From an uncultured delta proteobacterium (GTDB lineage: Bacteria; Desulfobacterota; Binatia; UBA9968): a DNA stretch of 64,000 bases. Shown here one piece after another: positions 30,598-39,079 of this stretch. Position 1 is the first letter of the stretch, and the number at the start of each line of letters is the position of its first letter. The DNA is taken from contig CAVSHR010000002.1 in the NCBI GenBank assembly GCA_963727625.1, positions 352,001 through 416,000 of the forward strand, written 5' to 3'. The notes beneath the pieces were generated by a model. The model had not been told where the DNA came from. It did no database searches and saw only the letters and a list, made by a program, of their open reading frames with translations. The translations under genes and the position numbers were made by a program.

Positions 30598-30748
30598 CGC
30601 GCACCTTGGCCGCTATGTGATCGTCGTCGATGAGGACATCGATCCGACCAACACTTTCGACGTGATCCGGGTATTGGCCAGCCGTTCCGATCCTGTGGAG
30701 TCGATTGAAATTCTGCGCCGCTGCTGGAGCCCCGCTTGATCCGCGCAT
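30598..30748 (+). repeat. Direct repeat copy 2 (degenerate ubiD fragment)
   Basis: Copy of 27810-27962 with a few substitutions and a 2-nt deletion near the 3' end. Confidence 0.9.
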
Positions 30749-30777
30749 TGACAGGACCTCGATTCCGGAATTATAAG
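30748..30777 (+). promoter_or_regulatory. Candidate sigma70 promoter for the VOC-cupin genes
   Basis: TTGACA-N18-TATAAG upstream of the GGAGG RBS of 30805. Confidence 0.45.
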
Positions 30778-30804
30778 CAAGATAGCAATCGCGGGAGGTG
30801 AAGC

Positions 30805-31575
30805 ATGGGAAAACTACGGCATATCGCTTTTATCTCGAAGCAACCGAAAGTGCTCAGCGATTTTTATCAGAAGCATTTCGGTTTCGAGGAATGCAAGGTG
30901 TTTCCAAGCGGGTCGCGCATGGTGATCGATCCGGCCTTTAATCTGGCGTTCCTGCAGAGCCGGGGCGACGAAGCAGGGGCAGTAGTCGGAACCCACCGCG
31001 CGGATGGTGCGGAACTAGAGCGGCAACCGGGGATTCATCACTACGGGTTTAAGGTCGACGACTTGAACGAATCGGTCGGCAGGCTCCCACCGTCGCTCAG
31101 CCGTGGCAAGAGCCCGCAGGTCTCGGCAGGTGTGGGCGGTCCCGAAGGCGCGCGGCCGGCGGAAATGCGCTTTATCGATCCATGGGGCAATAATGTCGAC
31201 ATCTCGTCGCGGGGCTTTCTCGGGCGCGAAGAGAAGAAATTGCCGGCGGTGACTTTGTTGGCAGTCAATGTCTCTAATCCAGGAGAAGCGGCTGATTTCT
31301 ATAAGCATCAATTCGATATGAATGTCGTTAACCAAGATAATCAGGGTGATGTGCGCTTGAGCGACGGCAAGGTCGCTTTACTACTAACCAAATCGCAGGT
31401 ACGGCCCAAAACCGGCGTGCAATACTTCGGCATTCAAGTAAATGGTCTTGCGGGGTTGAAGAAACGGTTGCAGGATGATGGCGTGGCGGTTTCCGACGAC
31501 GGACAGGGGCAAATTCAATTTACCGATCCAGAAGGCAATCGCGTGCTAGTCTCGGAAAGCGGTTGGGCGAACTAA
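30805..31575 (+). CDS. Two-domain VOC/glyoxalase family protein
   Basis: KLRHIA..FY...FGF, GIHHYGFKV, DPWGNNV, DPEGNRV. Confidence 0.85.
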   Translation: MGKLRHIAFISKQPKVLSDFYQKHFGFEECKVFPSGSRMVIDPAFNLAFLQSRGDEAGAVVGTHRADGAELERQPGIHHYGFKVDDLNESVGRLPPSLSRGKSPQVSAGVGGPEGARPAEMRFIDPWGNNVDISSRGFLGREEKKLPAVTLLAVNVSNPGEAADFYKHQFDMNVVNQDNQGDVRLSDGKVALLLTKSQVRPKTGVQYFGIQVNGLAGLKKRLQDDGVAVSDDGQGQIQFTDPEGNRVLVSESGWAN

Positions 31576-31609
31576 GACTTCCAAGCGAAGAAAGGTTTGG
31601 CGATACAGA

Positions 31610-31984
31610 ATGCGTGTGCTCAAAATTGGCGAGCTCCAGGACAAGCCGATGGATACCGCAACGCCGATCTCCGGATGGACCGGCGGGCCGGTGAGCCGTA
31701 CACGGCAAGCGGTCATTGGCGACGGTCAGTCGGAAAACTTTCGTTGCAACGTCGTCAACTTCCGGGTCGGTGCGACGACCGGCTGGCATGTGCATGATTG
31801 CGACCAGATCCTCGTCGTCACAGCGGGGAAGGGAAAAGTTGCCACGGAAGCTGAAGAACGGGACATTACGGTGGGAGATATCGTCCATATCAAAGCGGGC
31901 GAAAAGCACTGGCACGGTGCTTCGGCCGAGTCGCCCATGTCGCATGTCACGGTGACCACGGTCGGCAGCAAATCAACCCATTAA
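31610..31984 (+). CDS. Cupin domain protein
   Basis: WHVHDCDQILVVTAG.G; GEKHWHGA. Confidence 0.9.
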   Translation: MRVLKIGELQDKPMDTATPISGWTGGPVSRTRQAVIGDGQSENFRCNVVNFRVGATTGWHVHDCDQILVVTAGKGKVATEAEERDITVGDIVHIKAGEKHWHGASAESPMSHVTVTTVGSKSTH

Positions 31985-32156
31985 AATGCGCGGTCAGGCA
32001 AAGTCGCGAGTCGAGGCTCTCTTTTCTGAAATATCGCATCTCGACGGGTTCTCTGTTGCAGATGCGCTCGACCGAATTCGAACTACGGGTTGCGAATAAA
32101 TGTGATACCTCTCTCGCTCGTTATTCGCATGCCTCGCGCTTTGAAGTCTCCACTTG

Positions 32157-32894
32157 CTAATGGGTGTCATCCTCCACCCAGGTTTTCTTTCCATAATAGC
32201 CGCGCCGACTCGCGGTCATGACGAATTTTTGGAATTGCCGGTCATCTCGGTACTTAGCCATATCGTATCGCTCGTAGTGGGTCATCTCATCTACCTCTCG
32301 CCGCGGCCGAGCCGGAATGGGGCGACTGGCATAGCCCAGTGGGATGAGGTGATAAATTCTAAGCGGCTCCGGAACTCCGAGTAGAACTTTCAGCAGGGTT
32401 TCCATATAGACCGAGCTAGCGTCGCTAACATACTGGGTTGCCAAGCCGAGGGAGGTAGCCGCGAGATGAATTAACAATGTGGCGCTGGCCAGGCCTGTGT
32501 AGAAATGAGAATCGGCTTTGTCCAACATGGTCCTGACGGGATAGGTCTCTTTCACCCTGGGATCGCCCAAGATCATGATATGAATCGGCGCATGCCGAAA
32601 GCCGTCGCCGGTCATCTTAGCGTCCCCCCGCACCGCCATTTCCATCTCCTTTTTGTGCTCCTGCTGTTTGAGGAAGATGTCGGCGATTTGATGACGCGTG
32701 TTCTCGTCGCGGATAACGATGAACTCCCAGGGTTGGCCGTTGCCTCCCGATGGAGCCCACCGGGCGCATTCGAGAATCTTTTGGACCATTTCGTCAGGAA
32801 CATCCTTTGTCTTATCGTACCCGCGGATACTTCTCCGGTCGGCCGCCAGCTCCGTCAGAGCGTCAATGGTCATCATAGAAACCTCCCTTGGCAA
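32157..32894 (-). CDS. Nitroreductase family flavoprotein
   Basis: RRSIRGY, ARWAPSGGNGQPWEFIVI, LAATSLGL, IPLGY. The start may be ATG at ~32876. Confidence 0.9.
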   Translation of the reverse strand: MPREVSMMTIDALTELAADRRSIRGYDKTKDVPDEMVQKILECARWAPSGGNGQPWEFIVIRDENTRHQIADIFLKQQEHKKEMEMAVRGDAKMTGDGFRHAPIHIMILGDPRVKETYPVRTMLDKADSHFYTGLASATLLIHLAATSLGLATQYVSDASSVYMETLLKVLLGVPEPLRIYHLIPLGYASRPIPARPRREVDEMTHYERYDMAKYRDDRQFQKFVMTASRRGYYGKKTWVEDDTH

Positions 32895-32903
32895 CTTATC
32901 AAT

Positions 32904-33647
32904 TTAGCGTTTCTTGCGCTTTAGCGTGAGGCTGTAGCTGAAGATGTCGCTCCGGTAAAATCCCAACGTGAGCAGCAATAAATTCTTTCTGTGGAAATAA
33001 TATCTCTTGACAAAAAGTACCGGTGAGCCCGGCGAGATCCCCAGATAGGATGCCGCGTCGTCGTCGGCGAGTTTTGCTCCAACCAGATGCTTCACGTCAC
33101 TGATCGTAATAGGCAACACGGACTCGATGGCACTGGAAAGAGGCAGCGTGAGCAAGCTTCGCGGAGAGAGCTTAGTCGCGACCCCTGTCGGGACGTAGGA
33201 ATGTACATATGCCAGAGCTTGCCCGCGCGCCAATCTCGTCCGCGTTATCCGTGTTATCGTATCCCCTTCGGACAGGTCAAATTCTCTTCGTATGTTTTCC
33301 GTTGGCTTGAGATTCTCCGTCCGAAGAAGCTTGAAACTCGTGCCCTCTAGATTCAGCGTGACTAGAGTTTCCGCTTCGATCTCCAAGTTGATTGCTTGAT
33401 TGACCGGTCCGCTCCAGCTCACAAAAGTGCCCTTGGCGCGCTCGCGCCGGACGAGTCCCTCCTGAGCCAGTTGGCCCAGCGCTTGACGCACGGTGATGAC
33501 GCTCACGCCCAGGTGCCGGGCAAGATCCAATTCGCCAGGGAGCTGAAAGCCTCGACTCCATGTTCCGGAAAGAATGTTGTCGCGGATCTCCGTCATGACT
33601 TTGAAATAGAGCGGCACGGGAGAGCCCGATCTTTTGGCGAGGCGCAT
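32904..33647 (-). CDS. GntR (HutC/UTRA) transcriptional regulator
   Basis: PLY, QLPGELDLA..LGVS..TVRQAL..L..EG, KGTFV; UTRA C-terminus. Confidence 0.9.
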   Translation of the reverse strand: MRLAKRSGSPVPLYFKVMTEIRDNILSGTWSRGFQLPGELDLARHLGVSVITVRQALGQLAQEGLVRRERAKGTFVSWSGPVNQAINLEIEAETLVTLNLEGTSFKLLRTENLKPTENIRREFDLSEGDTITRITRTRLARGQALAYVHSYVPTGVATKLSPRSLLTLPLSSAIESVLPITISDVKHLVGAKLADDDAASYLGISPGSPVLFVKRYYFHRKNLLLLTLGFYRSDIFSYSLTLKRKKR

Positions 33648-33761
33648 GTCGGTGACCTATAATTCGCCGAGAGCGGTCAATTGGCGGGATCCTCCGGCGA
33701 GTGTTTTGCGATCTTAAACCATCAAAGCTCAAACTCTCGATTCAGCCGCTGACCCCTAGAC

Positions 33762-34253
33762 CTACGCACTCTGAGCCTTTCTCTTCTTGAAGAACTGGAT
33801 ATGGCTCAAGGCGTCGGCGGCAACGATGCGCCCGATGGGGCCGATGCTGTACGAGGCATCGCAGACCTTTCTGTCCGAGTCGAGGATGAAATTCGTCGCG
33901 TGAATGATCTTTCTGCGCTCTTCCCAAAAGGCACCGATCTTGTCGGCGTCTCTCGGCACTTCGAGGCCATAGGCCGCGGGAAAGGTAAGCTGCAATTTTT
34001 CTACGGTCTCTTTCGCTTTGTCGAGGGGGTCGACGGATAGGGCGACGACGTCGACATTTTCTTTTTTGAACTCTTCGATATGCGATTGGTAGTCGGCTAA
34101 CTGCCGCATGCAGTACGGTCACCAACTGCCGCGATAAAAGATGAGAACCGCATATTCACCCGTGAGGTCCCGGGGAATTCGGACAGTTCGCCCGTCGACG
34201 GTTTGAACTTCATATTCAGGGAAAAGGTCGCCAGAGTTGAGTTGTCGTGCCAT
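33762..34253 (-). CDS. Peroxiredoxin-like (AhpC/TSA/redoxin) selenoprotein, Sec at codon 45 (FYRGSW-U-PYC)
   Basis: ATG at 34253 with GGAGG RBS; reads MARQLNSGDLFPEY...LIFYRGSW, TGA at 34121-34119, then PYCMRQL in frame with ORF 33762-34109. TGA occupies the first Cys of FYRGxWCPYC. Confidence 0.88.
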
Positions 34254-34552
34254 ATGCCCTCCGTGAGAAGTTAGTGGTCAAACTTCGATATCACGCACCG
34301 TTGCAACATCATTACACAAACTTCGGGTTAAACTGCGTTGTTGTCATCGGTTCGGTTGGCCGCGTATGTTGACTGCTTATATGATTAGTAGTAGGAGGTC
34401 AATTGGTTTGCAGCGCCGGCGCGAGCGCGGTTTCGTCGAGCGCGCCGGCGCCGAATCGCCGCCGATCACGACCGAGGCAAGCTTGAACGAAAGAAGCTCG
34501 CCGCGATTACGGGCAATGACGGTTTCGCGTCGAAAACGGAAAAGGCAGGGCC

Positions 34553-34849
34553 ATGATTGATCTTTACTACTGGACCACGCCGAACGGTCACAAAATCACG
34601 ATCTTTCTCGAAGAGGCGGCGCTGCCCTATTCGATCGCCGACATGGCCAGCTATCCCTGGATCGTGCCCCATGAACGGCATAAGCAAAAGCTCGACGAGT
34701 TTTCGAACTTGAATCGCTGGTTTCTGGCCATCGGGCGGCGACCCGCCGTGCAGCGCGCCTATGAATTGGCAAAAACGATCAACACGAAGCCGACGGTCAA
34801 CGAGGATTCGAAGTCCATCCTTTTTGGGCAAGGGAGGCGCTCGGTATAA
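34553..34849 (+). pseudogene. YfcG-like (Nu-class) GST with a large in-frame internal deletion
   Basis: N-terminal MIDLYYWTTPNGHKITIFLEE..LPY fused directly to C-terminal SIADMASYPW...RPAVQRAY; only 98 aa. Confidence 0.8.
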
Positions 34850-34939
34850 GTGTGGTGGGTTTGGAATCCACCTGTCTTCGACAACCGCCCGCCCGAAGCC
34901 GCAAGCTAAGCTTAGTCTGAGCCGAAAGGAGGAAGTTCG

Positions 34940-35611
34940 ATGCCGTGGATAAAAATTATACCCGAGCATGAGGCCGAGGGTGAGCTGAAAGAAGTCTATC
35001 GAAAGATAAAAAAACAACGCCAGGATGAGAAGATCAATCAAGATCGTGACGCAGGCCCCGGCGGCCCGCCCGTGAGCCCGCCGATGTTGCACAGCCTCAA
35101 TCCCAAAGCCATGTGGCACACCGCCGAGCTTATGTGGGAGATCATGCGCGGTGAGTCGCGTCTGACCACGGTGCAGCGCGAGATGATCGCTACGGTGACC
35201 TCGGCGACGCTGCACTGCCGCTTTTGAACCGTCGCCCACGCAGAGTTTCTGCGTCAGGAAGGCGGCGACGACCTGACGGCGGAGCAGGTTAAAGACGATT
35301 GGCGGCAAATGGAGTTGAGCGGAGCCGAATACGCCATGTTGGAATTTGCCGAAAAGCTCACGCTCACGCCGAGCAATATGCGCGAAACGGACGTGCAAAA
35401 ATTACACGATGCCGGCTGGACGGATCGCGACATCCTCGATATCGTCCATGTTTGCGCCTATTTTAATTTTCGCGTGCGCGTGGTCGACGGTCTTGGCCTG
35501 GAAGTCGCCGATTGGCAAGTCGAGCGCGCCCGCGCCGGTGCCGCGCGGGCGGCAGAAATCGCGAAAGAGCGCGGTGTGACGATGCCGGCCGATCCCTGGA
35601 AAGTACGTTGA
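34940..35611 (+). CDS. AhpD/carboxymuconolactone-decarboxylase-family selenoprotein 1 (HCRF-U-TVAH, Sec96)
   Basis: In-frame TGA at 35225-35227 joins ORFs 34940-35227 and 35309-35611 into a full peroxidase-related AhpD fold (REMIAT..S...CxxU...H; FAEKLTLTP; AYFNF..R..DGLG). Confidence 0.9.
35228..35269 (+). promoter_or_regulatory. Bacterial SECIS-like hairpin
   Basis: ACGCAGA-GTT-TCTGCGT (35238-35254), loop 17 nt after the TGA; lower stem GTCGCC/GGCGAC. Confidence 0.8.
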
Positions 35612-35621
35612 GGATTGCATC

Positions 35622-36269
35622 ATGAGCTTCATCAAAGTCGTTCGCGAATCGGAGGCGACCGGCGAGCTTCAGGAAGTTTACGAGCGGACGCTCAGCCGAT
35701 TGAGCCCTTCGGTGCGCCAGCGCCGCGGCGACAAGCTGCCGCCCATCGTCAGGATTTTCAGTCTCTGCCCGGCGCTGCTCGAAGCGCGGGTCGGTTTCGA
35801 CAAGGGCATCTATCGCCCCGGCCATTCCGGTTTGGGCCGGCGCAAGGAGGAGCTCATCGCCACGCAGGTGGCGGCGCTGAGCGGCTGCCGGTTTTGAGGC
35901 ATCGGCCACGGAGAGTTTCTCCGTGTCGACGGCAAAATGGCGGTGGAGGAAGTCGCCAAAGTGATCTCCAACTGGCGCGAGGCGGATCTGGACGAACAGG
36001 AGAAGGCCATGCTCGCGTTCACGGAAAAATTCACCCTCACGCCGAGTCAGATCACAGACGCCGATATCGAGGCGCTGCGCCGGGCGGGATTCGGCGAGGA
36101 GCAAATACTTTCCATCGCCCTGGGCGCCGGTTATCGAAACTGGGTGGATCGCATCGCCGATCTGCTCGGCGTCGAAGAGGAAAAATTCGACTTCCCCGAG
36201 GAAATCTTGAAAGCTTTCGGGGTAACGCGCGAGCAGCTTCAAACTTCGCTCTACGGGGATGACCGATGA
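35622..36269 (+). CDS. AhpD/CMD-family selenoprotein 2 (GCRF-U-GIGH, Sec92)
   Basis: In-frame TGA at 35895-35897 joins 35622-35897 to 35937-36269; EELIAT.VA....CxxU...H. Confidence 0.9.
35898..35930 (+). promoter_or_regulatory. Bacterial SECIS-like hairpin
   Basis: CACGGAGA-GTT-TCTCCGTG (35907-35925), loop 17 nt after the TGA; extends via TCGG/TCGA. Confidence 0.82.
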
Positions 36270-36718
36270 GCCGCTTGCAAATGGCCGCGGGAAAGAAACT
36301 CGAAAACTTGCTCGGCGCGGCGCCGGGCGCGCTTGAAGCTGACAGCGCGATGCGCACCCTGCTGATCGATCAATTGACACCGCGACTCTACAGTTTGATC
36401 GGCGTTGTGGTCGCCGGTTGTCTGCGTTGCGAAAAGTTCGTCGAAGCTCTGCGCGGGCCGCTGGACAATACTTTTGTTGCTCAAGCCGCGCGTGATTGGC
36501 GCGCGCTTGAACTCACGACGGTGGAAAAGGCAGTGCTGGCCTACGCGGAAAAAGGCACCATGGACGAGGCTTCGGTGCGCAAAGGGGAGATCGACGAGCT
36601 GCGCGCAGCCGGTCTTAGCGATCGAGACGTGTTATTGACCGCCACCGCGATCGCCTATCACAACTATTCGATTCGCATGGCGGCGGCGTTCGACGTTCTA
36701 CCGAGTGCGGGTGAATGA
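36266..36718 (+). CDS. AhpD/CMD-like protein, Cys form (CLRC)
   Basis: AGCLRC; DWRALEL...EKAVLAYAEK; LRAAGLSDRD; AYHNY..RMA; ATGA overlap with the previous gene. Confidence 0.8.
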   Translation: MSRLQMAAGKKLENLLGAAPGALEADSAMRTLLIDQLTPRLYSLIGVVVAGCLRCEKFVEALRGPLDNTFVAQAARDWRALELTTVEKAVLAYAEKGTMDEASVRKGEIDELRAAGLSDRDVLLTATAIAYHNYSIRMAAAFDVLPSAGE

Positions 36719-36748
36719 CCTAAAACCGAAAAGGAAGGATATTCCTAA

Positions 36749-37654
36749 ATGCGAGGCATAACTCCCAGACGAGAGCAGGGCATGGCCGATCCGGTGTTGG
36801 CCGAGATGGTTCATGCTACGGGGGCGACGGAGTCGCGCCACTACGCGGCGGTCAAGCCGACCATCCAAGCCTATCGCGCCAGTTGGGTGAAGCTCGCACC
36901 CTATCGAGATGGTCCCGTCAATTCGAATCGGGTGGCGGTCGACGATCCGGTGGCGATGACCGCTCAGGTCAAGGCAAAAGCATCGGCGTTGGGCGCCAAC
37001 CTGGTCGGGGTCTGTCGTTTGCAGCCGCATATGATCGATCTCGGTTCGGAATTGCCGCATGAATTCGTCATCGCGTGCTGCGTGGCGGAGGATTATGAAA
37101 AAGTCACTCAAGGGCCGGATGCGGTCGAAGAAGAAGCCATGCGGACCTATGCGAAATGCACCGAGATCGCCACGGATCTGGCCGCCTACGTGCGCGACCT
37201 GGGCTATCCCGCCATCGCCCATCACAACGGCGCCAGCGAAGTCCAGGCGATCCCGATTTTCTACCAGGTGGGCTTCGGCGAGCTGGGCCGGCACGGCAGT
37301 CTGATCAACGAGAAATACGGCGCGAGCTTCCGCCCGGGATTCGTGACCACGGACCTGCCGCTGGTGGAAGACCATCCGCGGGAATTCGGCGTGCAGGACT
37401 TCTGCATGACCTGCAACGTCTGCCAGCGCAACTGCCCGGGCGACGCGATACCGCAGGATCATGTCGTCACCCACGGCATCAAACGCTGGCTGATCGATCT
37501 GGAGAAATGCTACCCCTACTCGCGCTTGCGCGAAGAGTACTGTCATCTCTGCGTCGACGCCTGTCCGTACATCGTGAAGTCCTATCCCGAAACCTACAAA
37601 GCCTTCATGAAAGAGCGCAAGCAAGTGGGCTACAAAACGCCGAAGACCTATTGA
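36749..37654 (+). CDS. Reductive-dehalogenase/QueG-like cobalamin + 2x[4Fe-4S] protein (no Tat signal)
   Basis: KASALGANLVGVC, LGYPA, GFGELGRHG, VTTDLPL, CMTCNVCQRNCP and C-X10-CHLCVDACP. Confidence 0.82.
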   Translation: MRGITPRREQGMADPVLAEMVHATGATESRHYAAVKPTIQAYRASWVKLAPYRDGPVNSNRVAVDDPVAMTAQVKAKASALGANLVGVCRLQPHMIDLGSELPHEFVIACCVAEDYEKVTQGPDAVEEEAMRTYAKCTEIATDLAAYVRDLGYPAIAHHNGASEVQAIPIFYQVGFGELGRHGSLINEKYGASFRPGFVTTDLPLVEDHPREFGVQDFCMTCNVCQRNCPGDAIPQDHVVTHGIKRWLIDLEKCYPYSRLREEYCHLCVDACPYIVKSYPETYKAFMKERKQVGYKTPKTY

Positions 37655-37660
37655 ACTTTT

Positions 37661-37870
37661 ATGGAAAAACTCTACGTCAACGAAATCGGCCCCGATGGCC
37701 ACGTGAGCACCGCAGGCTTGTTCTATTCGCTGGCCGAGGCGCAAAGGATCGTCGAAATGCTGCGCGCCAATCCCGAGCGAGCGGGCTATCGGTATGAAAT
37801 CGTCGAGGCGGTGCGGCATACCTTAACCGAGAAGCAGGCGAATCCGACCGCGACCGCGCAGAAGGAGTGA
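37661..37870 (+). CDS. Small hypothetical protein
   Basis: 69-aa ORF filling the operon gap; its stop overlaps the RBS of the next gene. Confidence 0.55.
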   Translation: MEKLYVNEIGPDGHVSTAGLFYSLAEAQRIVEMLRANPERAGYRYEIVEAVRHTLTEKQANPTATAQKE

Positions 37871-37872
37871 CC

Positions 37873-38424
37873 ATGCCCTATATCAAAACCGTGCCGCCGG
37901 CCGAGGCCACCGGCAAGCTCAAGGAAGTTTACGAGTCCGGCTCCGGCCCGTCCGCGGCGCGCGGCAAGGTGTCGATGATCCGCCAGGTGCAAAGCCTCAA
38001 CACTGACAACCTCGCCGCCTGGCGCGCGCTCGACGTGTCGATCATGCGCGGCGAGTCGCGCATCACCCGGCGCCAGCGCGAGATGATCGCCACGGCGGTG
38101 TCGTCGACCAATCATTGCAGCTATTGAATGACCGCCCACGGAGAGGCTCTCCGTACCGAATCCAATGACGACCCGCTGGTCGAAGGCATCAAGCAGGATT
38201 ACACCCGACTGGATCTGCCGCCCGCCGAGCGCGCGATGCTCGACTACGCTGTCAAACTAACGGTGGCGCCGTCGACGGCGAATGAAGCGGATATCGAGAA
38301 CCTACGCGCCCACGGTTTCGATGATCGCGATATCTTGGACATCGTTTACGTCATTTGCCTTTATAACTTCAACGACCGCATGGCGGACGCCACCGGTATT
38401 ACCGGGCATGATTTTTTTAAGTGA
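37873..38424 (+). CDS. AhpD/CMD-family selenoprotein 3 (NHCSY-U-MTAH, Sec85)
   Basis: AAGGAG RBS; in-frame TGA at 38125-38127 joins 37867-38127 and 38128-38424; REMIATAVS..NHCxxU..AH; YNFNDRMADATG. Confidence 0.9.
38128..38154 (+). promoter_or_regulatory. Bacterial SECIS-like hairpin
   Basis: ACGGAGA-GGC-TCTCCGT (38138-38154), loop 17 nt after the TGA. Confidence 0.78.
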
Positions 38425-38469
38425 GTCATTTATTCACCGAGCGTCGCACTCGGTAAGATTGGAGAAAGC

Positions 38470-39015
38470 ATGAGCAAGTCGCCAGGGAAGATCGATCGCG
38501 CAGCGTTTCGCGAGGTGCATAAACAGCAGCAAGAGCGGGCCAAGCAAGGCCCGGAAGGATACACAACGACAACACGAGCTGTGATCCGGCTCATTGAAGG
38601 TCAATTGAAAGAAGCCCGCATCGGCGAATATACCATCCAGTGCGACGAGGCGAAGTCGCGCAAGGGCGGCGGCAAGGCGCCTTCGCCGCTGCAGTACTTC
38701 GTCGCGGCGACGGGATTTTGAATGTTCAGTCAACTGACGCGGTACGCGTCGCAACTGGACATCGAGATCGAAGACGCCGAGATGGACATTCGCATGACCT
38801 ACGACACCCGCGGCAAGCTGCTGCTCGCGGACGTGCATCCGGGCTGCCGCGAGCTGACCTACGTATTCAAGATCAAGAGCTCGGCGCCGTCGGAGAAGGT
38901 TCAGGAGATGCTGCGGCTGATCGAAAAAGGCTGCCACACGATCAATTCTTTGAAAATCCCGGTGCCGGTGGCCGGAAAGTTGATTCACAACGGTCAGGAA
39001 ATCGCCGCGCCGTAA
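38470..39015 (+). CDS. OsmC/Ohr-family selenoprotein (PSPLQYFVAATGF-U-MFSQ, Sec84; second Cys in EKGCH)
   Basis: DE....GG...PSPL.Y..AA.G.(C/U) OsmC motif; in-frame TGA at 38719-38721; C-half contains the typical second Cys. Confidence 0.88.
38722..38762 (+). promoter_or_regulatory. Bacterial SECIS-like hairpin
   Basis: Lower stem ATGTTCAGT/ACTGGACAT; upper stem GACGCG-GTA-CGCGTC; loop 20 nt after the TGA. Confidence 0.82.
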
Positions 39016-39079
39016 AACTTAGCCAGACGCAATTGAAATTCTCTGTTGCCTCGGACTTTAGGGAATCGGCACATGATGC

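Noticed and set aside
34413-34453. GC-rich inverted repeat CGCCGGCGCG...CGCGCCGGCG upstream of the Sec operon
   Set aside because: No U-tract and no recognisable riboswitch consensus; could arise by chance at this GC content.
37652-37663. TGA of the RdhA-like gene is in frame with the next ORF (TGA ACT TTT ATG): a possible sixth read-through
   Set aside because: It is not at a Cys-motif position and the downstream sequence is A/T-rich with no convincing hairpin. Treated as a normal stop.
33762-39015. Alternative genetic code (UGA=Trp/Gly) or five independent nonsense mutations
   Set aside because: Many genes in the window end properly at TGA, and TGG is used for Trp. The in-frame TGAs occur only at catalytic Cys positions and are followed by hairpins, which chance pseudogenisation would not produce.
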